DNA of 64,000 bases, taken from the NCBI GenBank assembly GCA_902493125.1, contig CABUOF010000001.1, forward strand, positions 1,461 to 65,460, in the 5' to 3' direction. The notes beneath the pieces were generated by a model. It had not been told where the DNA came from. It made no database searches and saw only the letters and a list, made by a program, of their open reading frames with translations. Below are positions 38,401 through 46,097 of this stretch, piece after piece (position 1 is the stretch's first letter; every line of letters begins with the position of its first letter). The translations under genes and the position numbers were made by a program. The DNA comes from an uncultured Collinsella sp. (GTDB lineage Bacteria > Actinomycetota > Coriobacteriia > Coriobacteriales > Coriobacteriaceae).

Positions 38401-39882
38401 TTTGGACGAAAATGCCTCGGTCGCGATATCCTCAACGGCTATTCCGAGGTTTTTGGCAAAACCCTCGAGGAACGAGCCGCAGCCCGCAGAGCACGCCTCG
38501 TTGACGACGATATCGGTCAGCACGCCGTGGTTGAGCCAGATGGCCTTCATATCCTGTCCGCCGATGTCGAGCACGAAGGTCGCATCGGGAACGCATGCGC
38601 ACGCGGCGCGGGCGTGCGCGACCGTCTCGACCGTATGGTAGTCGGCGTGGAACGCGCGCGCGAAAAGCTCCTCGCCGTATCCCGTGGTGCCCACGGCATC
38701 GATCGCAAGCGTGACTCCCGCTGTCTCCCAGCGGTTCTTCAAGCTGACAAGACCCTGTTGGGCGACGTCGAGCGGTCTGCCGTTATTAGACGCGTAGAAC
38801 GAATCGACAAGCTCACCCGCCTCATCGACCAGGGCGAACTTGGTCGTCGTGCTCCCCGAATCGATACCGAGCGCCACACGCACCGTCTCTCCGGGCGCAT
38901 ACGCATCCGGACCCTTTGCCGGCGTCTCTTTGCCATGGCGTGCCGTAAAATCCGCCTGCTCGGCAGGTGTGGCAAAAAAGGGCTGGGCAAGACGTCCCTC
39001 CCCGCTTGCGGGCGCGACCGTCTCGAGCTTATCCAGCCGGACAAAAGCGTCGGGAAGGTCGATCGGTTGGGACGATGCGAACATGTCGGTCAGCGACAGG
39101 GCGGCACCGCGCGCGACCATGATCTGCGGATCGCGCGGGACGATAACCTGATCGTCCGATAGATTCAGTTGCTCCCGGAACACGCGGACCAGTGTGGGGT
39201 TGTAGGCGAGCGTACCGCCCTCGAAGATTACCGGCGGCTCGATGTCGATACCCTGGGCCAGACCGCCGATCGTTTGGCGGGCGACCGCGTGAAGCGCCGA
39301 AAGCGCCAGGTCGGTGGTAGGAATGCCCTCGTTGAGCAGCGGCTGGATATCGGTCTTTGCGTACACGCCGCAGCGGCCCGAGACCTCGTGGACGGTCGTT
39401 CCCCGGCTTGCGAGCTGCTCGAACTCGCCCGATTCGGTGCCGACCCCCATGAGCTTTGCCATCTCGTCGATAAATGCACCGGTACCGCCTGCGCACGAGC
39501 CGTTCATGCGCATGTCGGCAACCTCGATGTCTCCCTTATCGTTGGTGCGGAAGAAGATCATCTTGGCATCTTGGCCGCCCAGCTCGATGGCGCAGCGCGT
39601 CTGCGGATAGAACCTGCTGATCGCGAGCGCGTTGGCGACCACCTCCTGAACGTACGAGGCGCCCAGCGCGGTCGCGATATCGCGCGCACCCGAGCCGGTC
39701 ACCGCAACGCGCAGTGACTCATGGGGAAAGCGCTCGGCGAGCTCGCCGAGCATGGCGCGCACGCTCGCTGTCTGACACGCCCCGTGGCGGCGATATCCCC
39801 ACCACGCCTCGGTCATATCCTCGTGCATCGCGTAAACTTTGGTCGTCGTCGACCCTACGTCCAGTCCTACTAGCAACGCCAT
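35443..39882 (-). CDS. Giant BcrAD/BadFG-type ATPase (two activase modules) fused to DUF2229/HgdB-like dehydratase-type domains
   Basis: LVGLDVGSTTTK and ALGIDSGSTTTK ASKHA starts; CAGGTGAFID and CSAGCGSFLE; Cys-rich CRRCNNRC...GNRCPRG; then IGIPRVLEFWDTMPFW. Confidence 0.85.
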   Translation of the reverse strand: MALLVGLDVGSTTTKVYAMHEDMTEAWWGYRRHGACQTASVRAMLGELAERFPHESLRVAVTGSGARDIATALGASYVQEVVANALAISRFYPQTRCAIELGGQDAKMIFFRTNDKGDIEVADMRMNGSCAGGTGAFIDEMAKLMGVGTESGEFEQLASRGTTVHEVSGRCGVYAKTDIQPLLNEGIPTTDLALSALHAVARQTIGGLAQGIDIEPPVIFEGGTLAYNPTLVRVFREQLNLSDDQVIVPRDPQIMVARGAALSLTDMFASSQPIDLPDAFVRLDKLETVAPASGEGRLAQPFFATPAEQADFTARHGKETPAKGPDAYAPGETVRVALGIDSGSTTTKFALVDEAGELVDSFYASNNGRPLDVAQQGLVSLKNRWETAGVTLAIDAVGTTGYGEELFARAFHADYHTVETVAHARAACACVPDATFVLDIGGQDMKAIWLNHGVLTDIVVNEACSAGCGSFLEGFAKNLGIAVEDIATEAFSSKAPAVLGSRCTVFMNSSVVSEQRRGKGPGDIMAGLCRSIIENVFTKVIRVSNLNRLGDKVVVQGGTFRNDAVLRAFEQYLGKPVTRAPHPGLMGAIGIALLAREECRKGDAGTSFIGLDAVERFEHREFGGVTCRRCNNRCQRAVVAFGDGSLYVTGNRCPRGGAISWDELVREVPAAEELRPQGACEAQAPGTGRDRTAAAPNLFVDREKLLFESYPTVPVSGGRDVTIGIPRVLEFWDTMPFWSTFFSTLGFKVRVSGRSTKAMYERGLAHVTSDTVCFPAKLVHGHIRNLVDAGVDRIFMPIITTVPTENTASTSEWMCAVVKGYPYVMRNSDNPEERFGVPFDTPLFHWYDEGDRNRQLKAWCKETFDIDADLVAKATEQADRAQETFENQLQLRGRQVLENVREDGGYAVVIASRPYHNDPLVNHGLPKLFSECGIPVLTPDAVPGVCNVDLSNSRIDIVNNYHARMLSCAVIVASTPELELVQMGSFGCGHDAYLTDEIARMMGEMGSKVPMMIKLDESDVAGPMGIRVRSFIESVNRRRAEERAEGARVHAVHPLDDPYKVKYTKRDRHDKIALVPNTSHAFCRLMTAAMRNQGVRAEALDIGREDAIRLGKRYVHNDICFPAQIVIGEALAALESGKYDPHDVAVVTGKYIGDCRLTHYMPLLRRALDDAGYDYVPVLTNDDVDAHNAHPGFKLGLGPSIQIAYGLPMIDALEAMLRRIRPYELEKGAADAAFDRALDEVIEGMERSGLRGQATGFKRALAIMDAVPYDRSNPHPTVLIVGEYLLNFHLGANHEIERYLEDNGLEVIEARMTDVIRKTYFYKHAQSREFHVDLSLPEKAWYATADNLFELAHDRCDRLGAASPLYEPPTRMPELVRASDKILHHTFDAGEGVLIPAEILEHAKRGCRNFVILQPFGCLPNHVVGRGLIHALKEQYPTAQFLPLDYDPDVSFANVENRLQMLIMNAKAQGCGEAHGETA

Positions 39883-39931
39883 AATGCTCCGTCTCTCGCA
39901 TTTTTCCCGCTAGAGATATACCACTCTACGT

Positions 39932-39952
39932 AATACAACAGACTGTTGTATT
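39932..39952. promoter_or_regulatory. Palindrome AATACAACA-GAC-TGTTGTATT, candidate TetR operator
   Basis: Perfect 9-bp arms, 50-70 nt upstream of the activase start at 39882. Confidence 0.55.
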
Positions 39953-39963
39953 TAAACTCCGTA

Positions 39964-39997
39964 TAAAAAGCGGCTGCCGAAACGCTTCAGCAGCCGC
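39964..39997 (-). terminator. Rho-independent terminator
   Basis: Stem GCGGCTGC / GCAGCCGC with TTTTTA on the minus strand. Confidence 0.6.
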
Positions 39998-40163
39998 CGA
40001 ATGCACCAACAGATTGTTCTGCGCGCTAGCACGTCGGGCAACGGAGCAGCACGGGCCCTCCGGTCATGTGCACCGCTCACGCCCGCGATGTCGCCGAGAG
40101 AGCTATCCACGCTTAGGGCTCCAACCAAGCAAGTCGCCCGCGCTCAGCAGATCCCTAAGCGAG

Positions 40164-40712
40164 CTACTCGCACTCAGGAGCCATAGCCTGCTCCAAGAGC
40201 TCGGCATGCTCCTCCTCGAAAACCGTCCCCACAGGGAAGGCGCGACGGAAGACGAAGCGGGAAATCGGACCGGCTACCAAAAGGTTCCACGGCAGCGCCA
40301 TCACAAAATTATGCGGGATGTTGATCATCCAGATCGCGGGCACGGAATACAGGTTCGCAAGGATGCCGCCGGGCATGTGCGTCAGACCCTCACAGGCACC
40401 GTACAGCGACATGATGATGACCATGGGAACGACCATGCAGGAGCTGACGGCGAGCGTCATGGCAAGTGGCGAGCTCTTGCCCGGCGTGACCAAGTACTTA
40501 AAGGCGAAACCCTTGGCGAGCGGGCTGGCGACGAACCAGTCGCAGCACATGGCAAAAATGTAGGCAACGGGGAAGCCGAGCCACGCAGCGGCAACGACCT
40601 CGCCGTTGATGGCCCCGTGCTGCAGGGCAACGTTGTAGATGCTCATCCAGAGCACCATGCAAAAGCACATGATAAAGGTGAACAGCAGGCTCTCTCGTTT
40701 GTTGATAGGCAT
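40164..40712 (-). CDS. DUF2798-family membrane protein
   Basis: MPINKRESLLFTFIMCFCMVLWMSIYNV..., an internally duplicated small membrane protein. Confidence 0.65.
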   Translation of the reverse strand: MPINKRESLLFTFIMCFCMVLWMSIYNVALQHGAINGEVVAAAWLGFPVAYIFAMCCDWFVASPLAKGFAFKYLVTPGKSSPLAMTLAVSSCMVVPMVIIMSLYGACEGLTHMPGGILANLYSVPAIWMINIPHNFVMALPWNLLVAGPISRFVFRRAFPVGTVFEEEHAELLEQAMAPECE

Positions 40713-40750
40713 AAAGGGCAGATTCCTCTCTGTGTTGTACCGCGGCGCCA

Positions 40751-40807
40751 CGCAACAAAAACGGGCGGGCAAGATGGAGCTGTTGGAACTTCATCTCGCC
40801 CGCCCGT
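40751..40807 (-). terminator. Strong intrinsic terminator only about 40 nt upstream of the DUF2798 start
   Basis: 17-bp arms ACGGGCGGGCAAGATGG / TCATCTCGCCCGCCCGT (15 pairs, 2 mismatches). TTTTTGTTG on the minus strand. Confidence 0.65.
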
Positions 40808-41025
40808 GGTACGCGCGTCTGCGACTACTTATGTGGTGGAACCAGCCTAGCACGAAACGCATGCGCTTCGTAAGCGTTGAGTTTATGAAGATGCAGGGCA
40901 CCGATAATCCCCCGACCCCATAAGTTGCGGTGGAATACGGACTGTTTTGACCCTTTAAGCAGCAATTCAGTCCCTATTTCACCGCAACTCATTTGGTGCA
41001 AAGTAACCTGTCCCCCTTGTACCAA

Positions 41026-42594
41026 TTAGCTGGTGTGGCGCCAGCGAGGGTCGGTGAGCGTACGCGCCACGCCCAAGCCAACGGGCAGAAACGCCACGAT
41101 GAGCACTGCACGCACAAACCAGCCGAGCATATTGACCGTGTCGAAGGTGCACATGTAATACATAGAGCGATAGAGATACAAGCCCGGCACCATAATGACA
41201 ATCGAAGGCACCGTGAGGGCGATGCGCGGGTAGGTGAGCTTGACTTCAGCCAAGCTTGCGAGCAGCCCCGATACCAGCGCGCCGATAAACGCTGCTGCCT
41301 CGGGAGGCATTCCCGTGCTGAGGCCCAGGAAGGGAATCATCGTCGGCGCATCGACAAGGGTCAGACGCAGGGTATTGGACACGGCGCCGATCAACCCAGC
41401 TGCCGCGGCCATCTTTACCGGGCTGTTGAACATCACCGAGAAGCCGAATACGCCAACGAAGCTCATCACCACGCGCAGGAGCGTAAGGGCAAGCGGCGAA
41501 AGGCCCAGTGGGGCAAAGTCGTCCGGCGCCAGGCCAACACACTCGGCAACCATCCAGCCTACGAGCGTCGCCATTACAATAATCGATACGGCATATGAAA
41601 GGCGCTCGATACCGCTTCGCATGTCAAGCTTGGCGATGTCGAGGCCTGCCGTAATGAGTGGAAAGCCGGGAATCACAAAGAGCATGGCGCCGATATAGCC
41701 TTCTTGGTGCGACATTGCCCCCGGTATGACCTGGCCAAGGCCGAGCAATGCCAGCAGATACGAAACACAAGCGAGCGCAACGCCGGTCGTCAGCGCGCTA
41801 AACTGACCAAGGCCTTGCTTGAGAATATGAGAGCGGGCAAAGTTGCCGACACCCGCGCCCACGAACGCGCATGCCATCTCAATGGGACCGCCACCAAGTA
41901 AAAAGACAAAGGCGCCACAGGCGCAGGCCGCCGCAAGGCCCTGTTGCCAAGGCGCGTAATCAGGTTTTGAACTCTCGACGGTCTTGAGCATCTCGTGATA
42001 CTCGTGCACCGTGAAGCGACGACCATAGGTCTCGATTTCCTTGAGGAAACTCTCCATCATCCAAATGCGATGGGTATTGACGCCCGTTGTGGGCAAGCTG
42101 ACGACCTCGTTAAAGCAGTGACCATCTTCGATGCAGGTACACTCAAACGACAGGAGACTTAAGTCAACGTGGATGGTCACACCGAGTACGGCGGCGACTC
42201 GATTCATGGTATCGCGTACACGCCAGGCACCCGTTCCGCTCGCGAGCATAAGCATACCGGTGCGGCAGATGATGGATGATTTATCGGTGAGCGGCGCATC
42301 GACGGCAAGTTCATCGCCTGCCGTCACGATCTGGTGCCAGTCAGTTTTCATATGGAGCGCGCCGGCACGGACACCGTGGTGCATGGGGGCTCTCGAAAGC
42401 AGCGAGTTAAGGCGCGAAGACTGTGGGGGCTCCGTTGATTCGTCCTCAACCTCATCAGCCTCTTCATCGACCAGATCAAAGGAATCAAGCGGCGCTGGCT
42501 CGCGACGGTCGATCAGCTCCTCGTCCTCATCATCAAAGTAATTGAACTGATCGAGCATGTCCTCTTCGATTGCGCGCTCGCTCGCATCGTCCAT
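41026..42594 (-). CDS. ThrE-family (DUF1212+DUF3815) putative threonine/serine exporter with acidic N-terminal tail
   Basis: GMLMLASGTGAWRVRDTMNRVAAVLG followed by about 10 transmembrane segments. Confidence 0.75.
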   Translation of the reverse strand: MDDASERAIEEDMLDQFNYFDDEDEELIDRREPAPLDSFDLVDEEADEVEDESTEPPQSSRLNSLLSRAPMHHGVRAGALHMKTDWHQIVTAGDELAVDAPLTDKSSIICRTGMLMLASGTGAWRVRDTMNRVAAVLGVTIHVDLSLLSFECTCIEDGHCFNEVVSLPTTGVNTHRIWMMESFLKEIETYGRRFTVHEYHEMLKTVESSKPDYAPWQQGLAAACACGAFVFLLGGGPIEMACAFVGAGVGNFARSHILKQGLGQFSALTTGVALACVSYLLALLGLGQVIPGAMSHQEGYIGAMLFVIPGFPLITAGLDIAKLDMRSGIERLSYAVSIIVMATLVGWMVAECVGLAPDDFAPLGLSPLALTLLRVVMSFVGVFGFSVMFNSPVKMAAAAGLIGAVSNTLRLTLVDAPTMIPFLGLSTGMPPEAAAFIGALVSGLLASLAEVKLTYPRIALTVPSIVIMVPGLYLYRSMYYMCTFDTVNMLGWFVRAVLIVAFLPVGLGVARTLTDPRWRHTS

Positions 42595-42703
42595 CCCGGT
42601 GCTCCCTTCCTATCGACTAACCCCCATCCTAGACAGCGACGGCTAAAGGAAACATAAAAGAGACGGCTGTCATGCGAGCCATGTTCGCAATAGCCATTGG
42701 GTA

Positions 42704-42782
42704 GTCATTGGGGACGTTCTTGAATGACTAGTCGTTTAAGAACGTCCCCAACGACTAGTCGTTTAAGAACGTCCCCAATGAC
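42704..42782. repeat. Three contiguous 27-bp units (one inverted, two direct): TAGTCGTTTAAGAACGTCCCCAAYGAC
   Basis: Units at 42704-42730 (inverted, 25/27), 42729-42755 and 42756-42782 (26/27). Confidence 0.85.
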
Positions 42783-42819
42783 TACTCCGACAACGTCGAT
42801 GTATTGGCAACGCCAGCGA

Positions 42820-42918
42820 GCGGGCCGCATTTGAGACAAGGTGACGTGAAACGAAAGGGCGCTGACCTTCTGGTCGCGCCCTTGAAGTTGAACGTCAGAT
42901 TGTCCAAATGCGGCCCGC
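42820..42918. repeat. About 100-nt imperfect palindromic element, copy B
   Basis: 14+5-bp outer stem, TGACGT/ACGTCA second stem, GAAA...GTTGA internal loop and a GGGCGC..GCGCCC apical hairpin. Confidence 0.7.
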
Positions 42919-42931
42919 GCAGCGTCGAGCC

Positions 42932-42958
42932 GTTGCGCGGTTCGTAGAACCGCGCAAC
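42932..42958 (-). terminator. Stop-adjacent hairpin after lysS
   Basis: Perfect 12-bp stem GTTGCGCGGTTC-GTA-GAACCGCGCAAC. Its sequence is related to the hairpin at 47449-47476. Confidence 0.6.
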
Positions 42959-42961
42959 TAG

Positions 42962-44926
42962 TTAGTACATCTTTGCGCCGGCGGGGATGGAAGCGTCGAG
43001 CTGGATCAGGTTGAGGCGCTCCTCGCCCTCCTCCTCGTGGATGGCGCTGATGAGCATGCCGCAGCTGGGGATACCCATCATCTTGCGCGGAGGCAGGTTG
43101 GTGATGGCGAGCAGGGTCTTGCCGACCAGGTCCTCGGGCTCATAGTATTCATGGATGCCGGAGAGAATGGTACGGTCAGTGCCGGTACCGTCATCGAGCG
43201 TAAAGTTCAGCAGCTTCTTGGACTTCTTGACGGCCTCGCATGCCTTGACCTTCACGGCGCGGAAGTCGCTCTTAGAGAAGGTATCGAAGTCGACGAACTC
43301 CTCAAACAGCGGCTCGACGGCAATCTTGGAATAATCGACCGTGGGCTTGAGGGGCTTGACGAAGGGGCTCGCGGTGTTGCCGGCCTCGGCAGCCTTGGCA
43401 GCAGCGGCACCGGACTGGAAACCCTTCTCGGGCTTCATGTGCGGGAACAGCAGCACGTCGCGGATGGAAGCCTGGTTGGTGAGCAGCATGACCACGCGGT
43501 CGATACCGATGCCAATGCCGCCCGCGGGAGGCATACCGTACTCGAGGGCGCGCACGTAATCCTCGTCGTACTCCATGGCCTCGTCGTCGCCGCCGGCCTT
43601 CTCGGCCATCTGGGCAGCGAAGCGCTCGGCCTGGTCGACCGGGTCGTTGAGCTCGGAGAACGCGTTCGCGTACTCGTGGCCGGCGATGACCAGCTCAAAG
43701 CGATGGGTCAGGCGCGGGTCATCCTCAAAGCGCTTGGCAAGCGGGCTAACCTCGATGGGGTAATCGCACACGAAGGTAGGGTTGACGATGGTGTCCTCGC
43801 CCAGCTCGTCATAGATCTCGGCGATGATCTTGCCGGCGGGCCACTCGGGCTTGATCTCCAGGCCCTTCTCGCGTGCGGCGGCAGCAAGCTCCTCAACCGG
43901 CGTGTCGATGGTGACCTGCTTACCAATCACGTCAGAGACGATGTCGGTCATGGGACGGCTGGCCCACTCACCAGAAAGGTCGATGGTCTGGCCCTGGTAC
44001 TCAATAACCTCGGGGTTGCCGATAGCCTTGTTAGCGGCCTTAATGACACCCTGGGCGAGCGCCTTCATGCCCTCGAGATCGGAGAAGGCGCGGTAGGCCT
44101 CCATCGTGGTGAACTCGGGATTATGGGTAAGGTCCATGCCCTCGTTGCGGAAGATACGACCGATTTCGAACACGCGCTCAAAGCCACCGACGATGCAGCG
44201 CTTGAGGTGCAGCTCGGTGGCAATACGCAGGTAGCACTCCTGATCGAGAGCGTTGAAGTGCGTGATGAACGGCTTAGCCGTAGCGCCACCCTGGATGGTC
44301 TGCAGGATGGGGGTCTCGACCTCCATGTAGCCGTCGGACTCCATAAAGCGACGGAAGGTGGAGAGGATCTGCGAGCGCTTGCGGAAGGTCTCGCGAACAT
44401 CGTCGTTGGCAATGAGGTCGACGTAACGCTGACGATAACGGGTCTCCTTGTCGGAGAGGCCGTGGAACTTCTCGGGCAGCGGGCGAACGGCCTTGGACAG
44501 CAGCGTCGCGCTCTTGGGAGCGACGGAAAGCTGGCCGCGCTTGGTGCGCACGACCACGCCGGTCACGCCCAGGATATCGCCCAAGTCGAGGGCCTTGAGC
44601 GTGCTCCAGGCTGCCTCGTCCATGTCGTTAATACGGCAGAACAGCTGAATCTCGCCAGTCGCGTCGCGGACGACGATGAACATGATCTTGCCCTGACCGC
44701 GCTTGGCAACCACGCGGCCGCCGATCTTTACGACGTCCTCGGTGTCCTCGCCATCGGCAAGCTCGGCATACTTAGCCTCGATGTCGGCAACGTAGTCCTC
44801 GATCTCGGAGTGCTCGGGGTACGGATTCTGGCCCGCCTCGAACAGGGAGGCGCGCTTGGCCAGGCGGGTGGCGCGCTCGTCGTTGAGCGTCGATGCCTGA
44901 TCGGCGGCGTTCTGGTTCTCTGCCAT
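42962..44926 (-). CDS. lysS: Lysyl-tRNA synthetase (class II) with extra C-terminal tRNA-binding (Trbp111/EMAPII-like) domain
   Basis: The LysRS core runs to ...GIGIDRVVMLLTNQASIRDVLLFPHMK. About 150 aa follow: FRAVKVKACEAVKKSKKLLNFTLDDGT...LSGIHEYYEPEDLVGKTLLAITNLPPRKMMGIPSCGMLISA. Confidence 0.93.
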   Translation of the reverse strand: MAENQNAADQASTLNDERATRLAKRASLFEAGQNPYPEHSEIEDYVADIEAKYAELADGEDTEDVVKIGGRVVAKRGQGKIMFIVVRDATGEIQLFCRINDMDEAAWSTLKALDLGDILGVTGVVVRTKRGQLSVAPKSATLLSKAVRPLPEKFHGLSDKETRYRQRYVDLIANDDVRETFRKRSQILSTFRRFMESDGYMEVETPILQTIQGGATAKPFITHFNALDQECYLRIATELHLKRCIVGGFERVFEIGRIFRNEGMDLTHNPEFTTMEAYRAFSDLEGMKALAQGVIKAANKAIGNPEVIEYQGQTIDLSGEWASRPMTDIVSDVIGKQVTIDTPVEELAAAAREKGLEIKPEWPAGKIIAEIYDELGEDTIVNPTFVCDYPIEVSPLAKRFEDDPRLTHRFELVIAGHEYANAFSELNDPVDQAERFAAQMAEKAGGDDEAMEYDEDYVRALEYGMPPAGGIGIGIDRVVMLLTNQASIRDVLLFPHMKPEKGFQSGAAAAKAAEAGNTASPFVKPLKPTVDYSKIAVEPLFEEFVDFDTFSKSDFRAVKVKACEAVKKSKKLLNFTLDDGTGTDRTILSGIHEYYEPEDLVGKTLLAITNLPPRKMMGIPSCGMLISAIHEEEGEERLNLIQLDASIPAGAKMY

Positions 44927-45005
44927 AAGTTAGCTCCTCAAACTAAAACGCTCCCCAGGATTCGGTCCCAGGGAGCGAAAACATACCTTTACGCGGGACC
45001 GTGGT

Positions 45006-45476
45006 CTAGCGTGCGATCTTGGCGATGGTGTAGATGCGGGTCTTGCCGGAAGGCGTAACGACCTCGACGGAGTCGCCCTCGCCATGACCAATGATGGCGT
45101 GGCCGACCGGAGACTCGTTGGAGATCTTGTGCTCGAGCGAGTTGGTCTCGGTGGTACCGACAAGCGTGACCTCCATGACCTCACCGTTGGGATCAATCAA
45201 CGAAACGGTGGAACCAATGGAGACGGTCAGATCACCCGTGGTGGCAGCAACCTGGGCGTTGGCGAGAATAGCCTGAATCTCGGCGATGCGAGCAGCATTC
45301 TGGGCCTGCTTGTCCTTGGCGGCATCGTACTCGGAGTTCTCCGAAAGGTCGCCGAACGCGCGAGCTTCCTTGATGTCCTCGACGATCTCCTTGGCGTAAT
45401 CGCCCTCACGCCAAGCGAGCTCCTCGACGAGCTTCTGGCGGCCCTCAGCGGTCAGTACGATCTGGCTTGCGTCCAT
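45006..45476 (-). CDS. greA: Transcription elongation factor GreA
   Basis: LTAEGRQKLVEELAWREG...AREFGDLSENSEYDAAK-type coiled coil plus a C-terminal domain. Confidence 0.95.
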   Translation of the reverse strand: MDASQIVLTAEGRQKLVEELAWREGDYAKEIVEDIKEARAFGDLSENSEYDAAKDKQAQNAARIAEIQAILANAQVAATTGDLTVSIGSTVSLIDPNGEVMEVTLVGTTETNSLEHKISNESPVGHAIIGHGEGDSVEVVTPSGKTRIYTIAKIAR

Positions 45477-45518
45477 ACGGATATCTCCCCAACTATGATG
45501 TAACGATCAACTGTCAAC

Positions 45519-45558
45519 AAAAACGAAAAAGACCGGCTAGCCTGCGGGCAAGCCGGTC
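45519..45558 (-). terminator. Rho-independent terminator after tatA
   Basis: Stem GACCGGCT / AGCCGGTC followed by TTTTTCGTTTTT on the minus strand. Confidence 0.65.
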
Positions 45559-45583
45559 AGGTGCTCACCCCAAAGGGATGGGA

Positions 45584-45859
45584 CTACTCTGCGTCCGCGT
45601 CGCTGTCCTCTGCCTTCTTTTGCTTGGCAGCAGCGAGCTTGGCCTCGAGCTCTGCGATCTCCTTGTCCTCCTTGGACTCCTCGACCACAACGTCCTCGGC
45701 CTGCTTGGTTTCGCCCTTATCGTCGCCCTCCATACCCTCGCGGATATTCTTGACGGTAGAGCCGAGGGACTTACCGAGCTTCGGCAGGTTCTTAGGCCCA
45801 AAGATAATCAGGACAACAACGAGAATAATGATGAGCTCAGGAGCCCTCAGTCCAAACAT
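45584..45859 (-). CDS. tatA: Sec-independent translocase TatA/E
   Basis: [41 protein letters not shown]. The longer ORF in the track runs into tRNA-Pro and is rejected. Confidence 0.85.
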   Translation of the reverse strand: MFGLRAPELIIILVVVLIIFGPKNLPKLGKSLGSTVKNIREGMEGDDKGETKQAEDVVVEESKEDKEIAELEAKLAAAKQKKAEDSDADAE

Positions 45860-45932
45860 GTAGACCTCCACAATACAGCGAGACAAGCTCGAATGAGTAT
45901 ACCGCGGGTATCGCGGTATCACAACAATAGCT

Positions 45933-45960
45933 AAAAAAAGGGACCGCAAGAAGCGGTCCC
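45933..45960 (-). terminator. Rho-independent terminator after tRNA-Pro
   Basis: Stem GGGACCGC / GCGGTCCC followed by TTTTTTT on the minus strand. Confidence 0.7.
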
Positions 45961-45971
45961 TCCTCATGCTC

Positions 45972-46048
45972 TGGTCGGGTTGACTGGATTTGAACCAGCG
46001 ACCCCTGCGTCCCGAACGCAGTGCTCTACCAAACTGAGCCACAACCCG
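45972..46048 (-). tRNA. tRNA-Pro (CGG)
   Basis: Anticodon arm CTGCG-TTCGGGA-CGCAG. CCA is encoded. Confidence 0.9.
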
Positions 46049-46097
46049 TTAGCTCGACTATAGTAACAAAGATTTTCGCCGCGTGCTAGAGAAATTT

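Noticed and set aside
42704-42782. Possible CRISPR array (27-bp repeats).
   Set aside because: The three units are contiguous with no spacers, one unit is inverted, and no cas genes are present. No other CRISPR-like array was seen in the window.
45584-46042. 152-aa version of the ORF containing tatA.
   Set aside because: The N-terminal 61 codons run through the terminator and tRNA-Pro (45972-46048). The TatA sequence MFGLRAPEL... starts at 45859 with its own GGAGG RBS.
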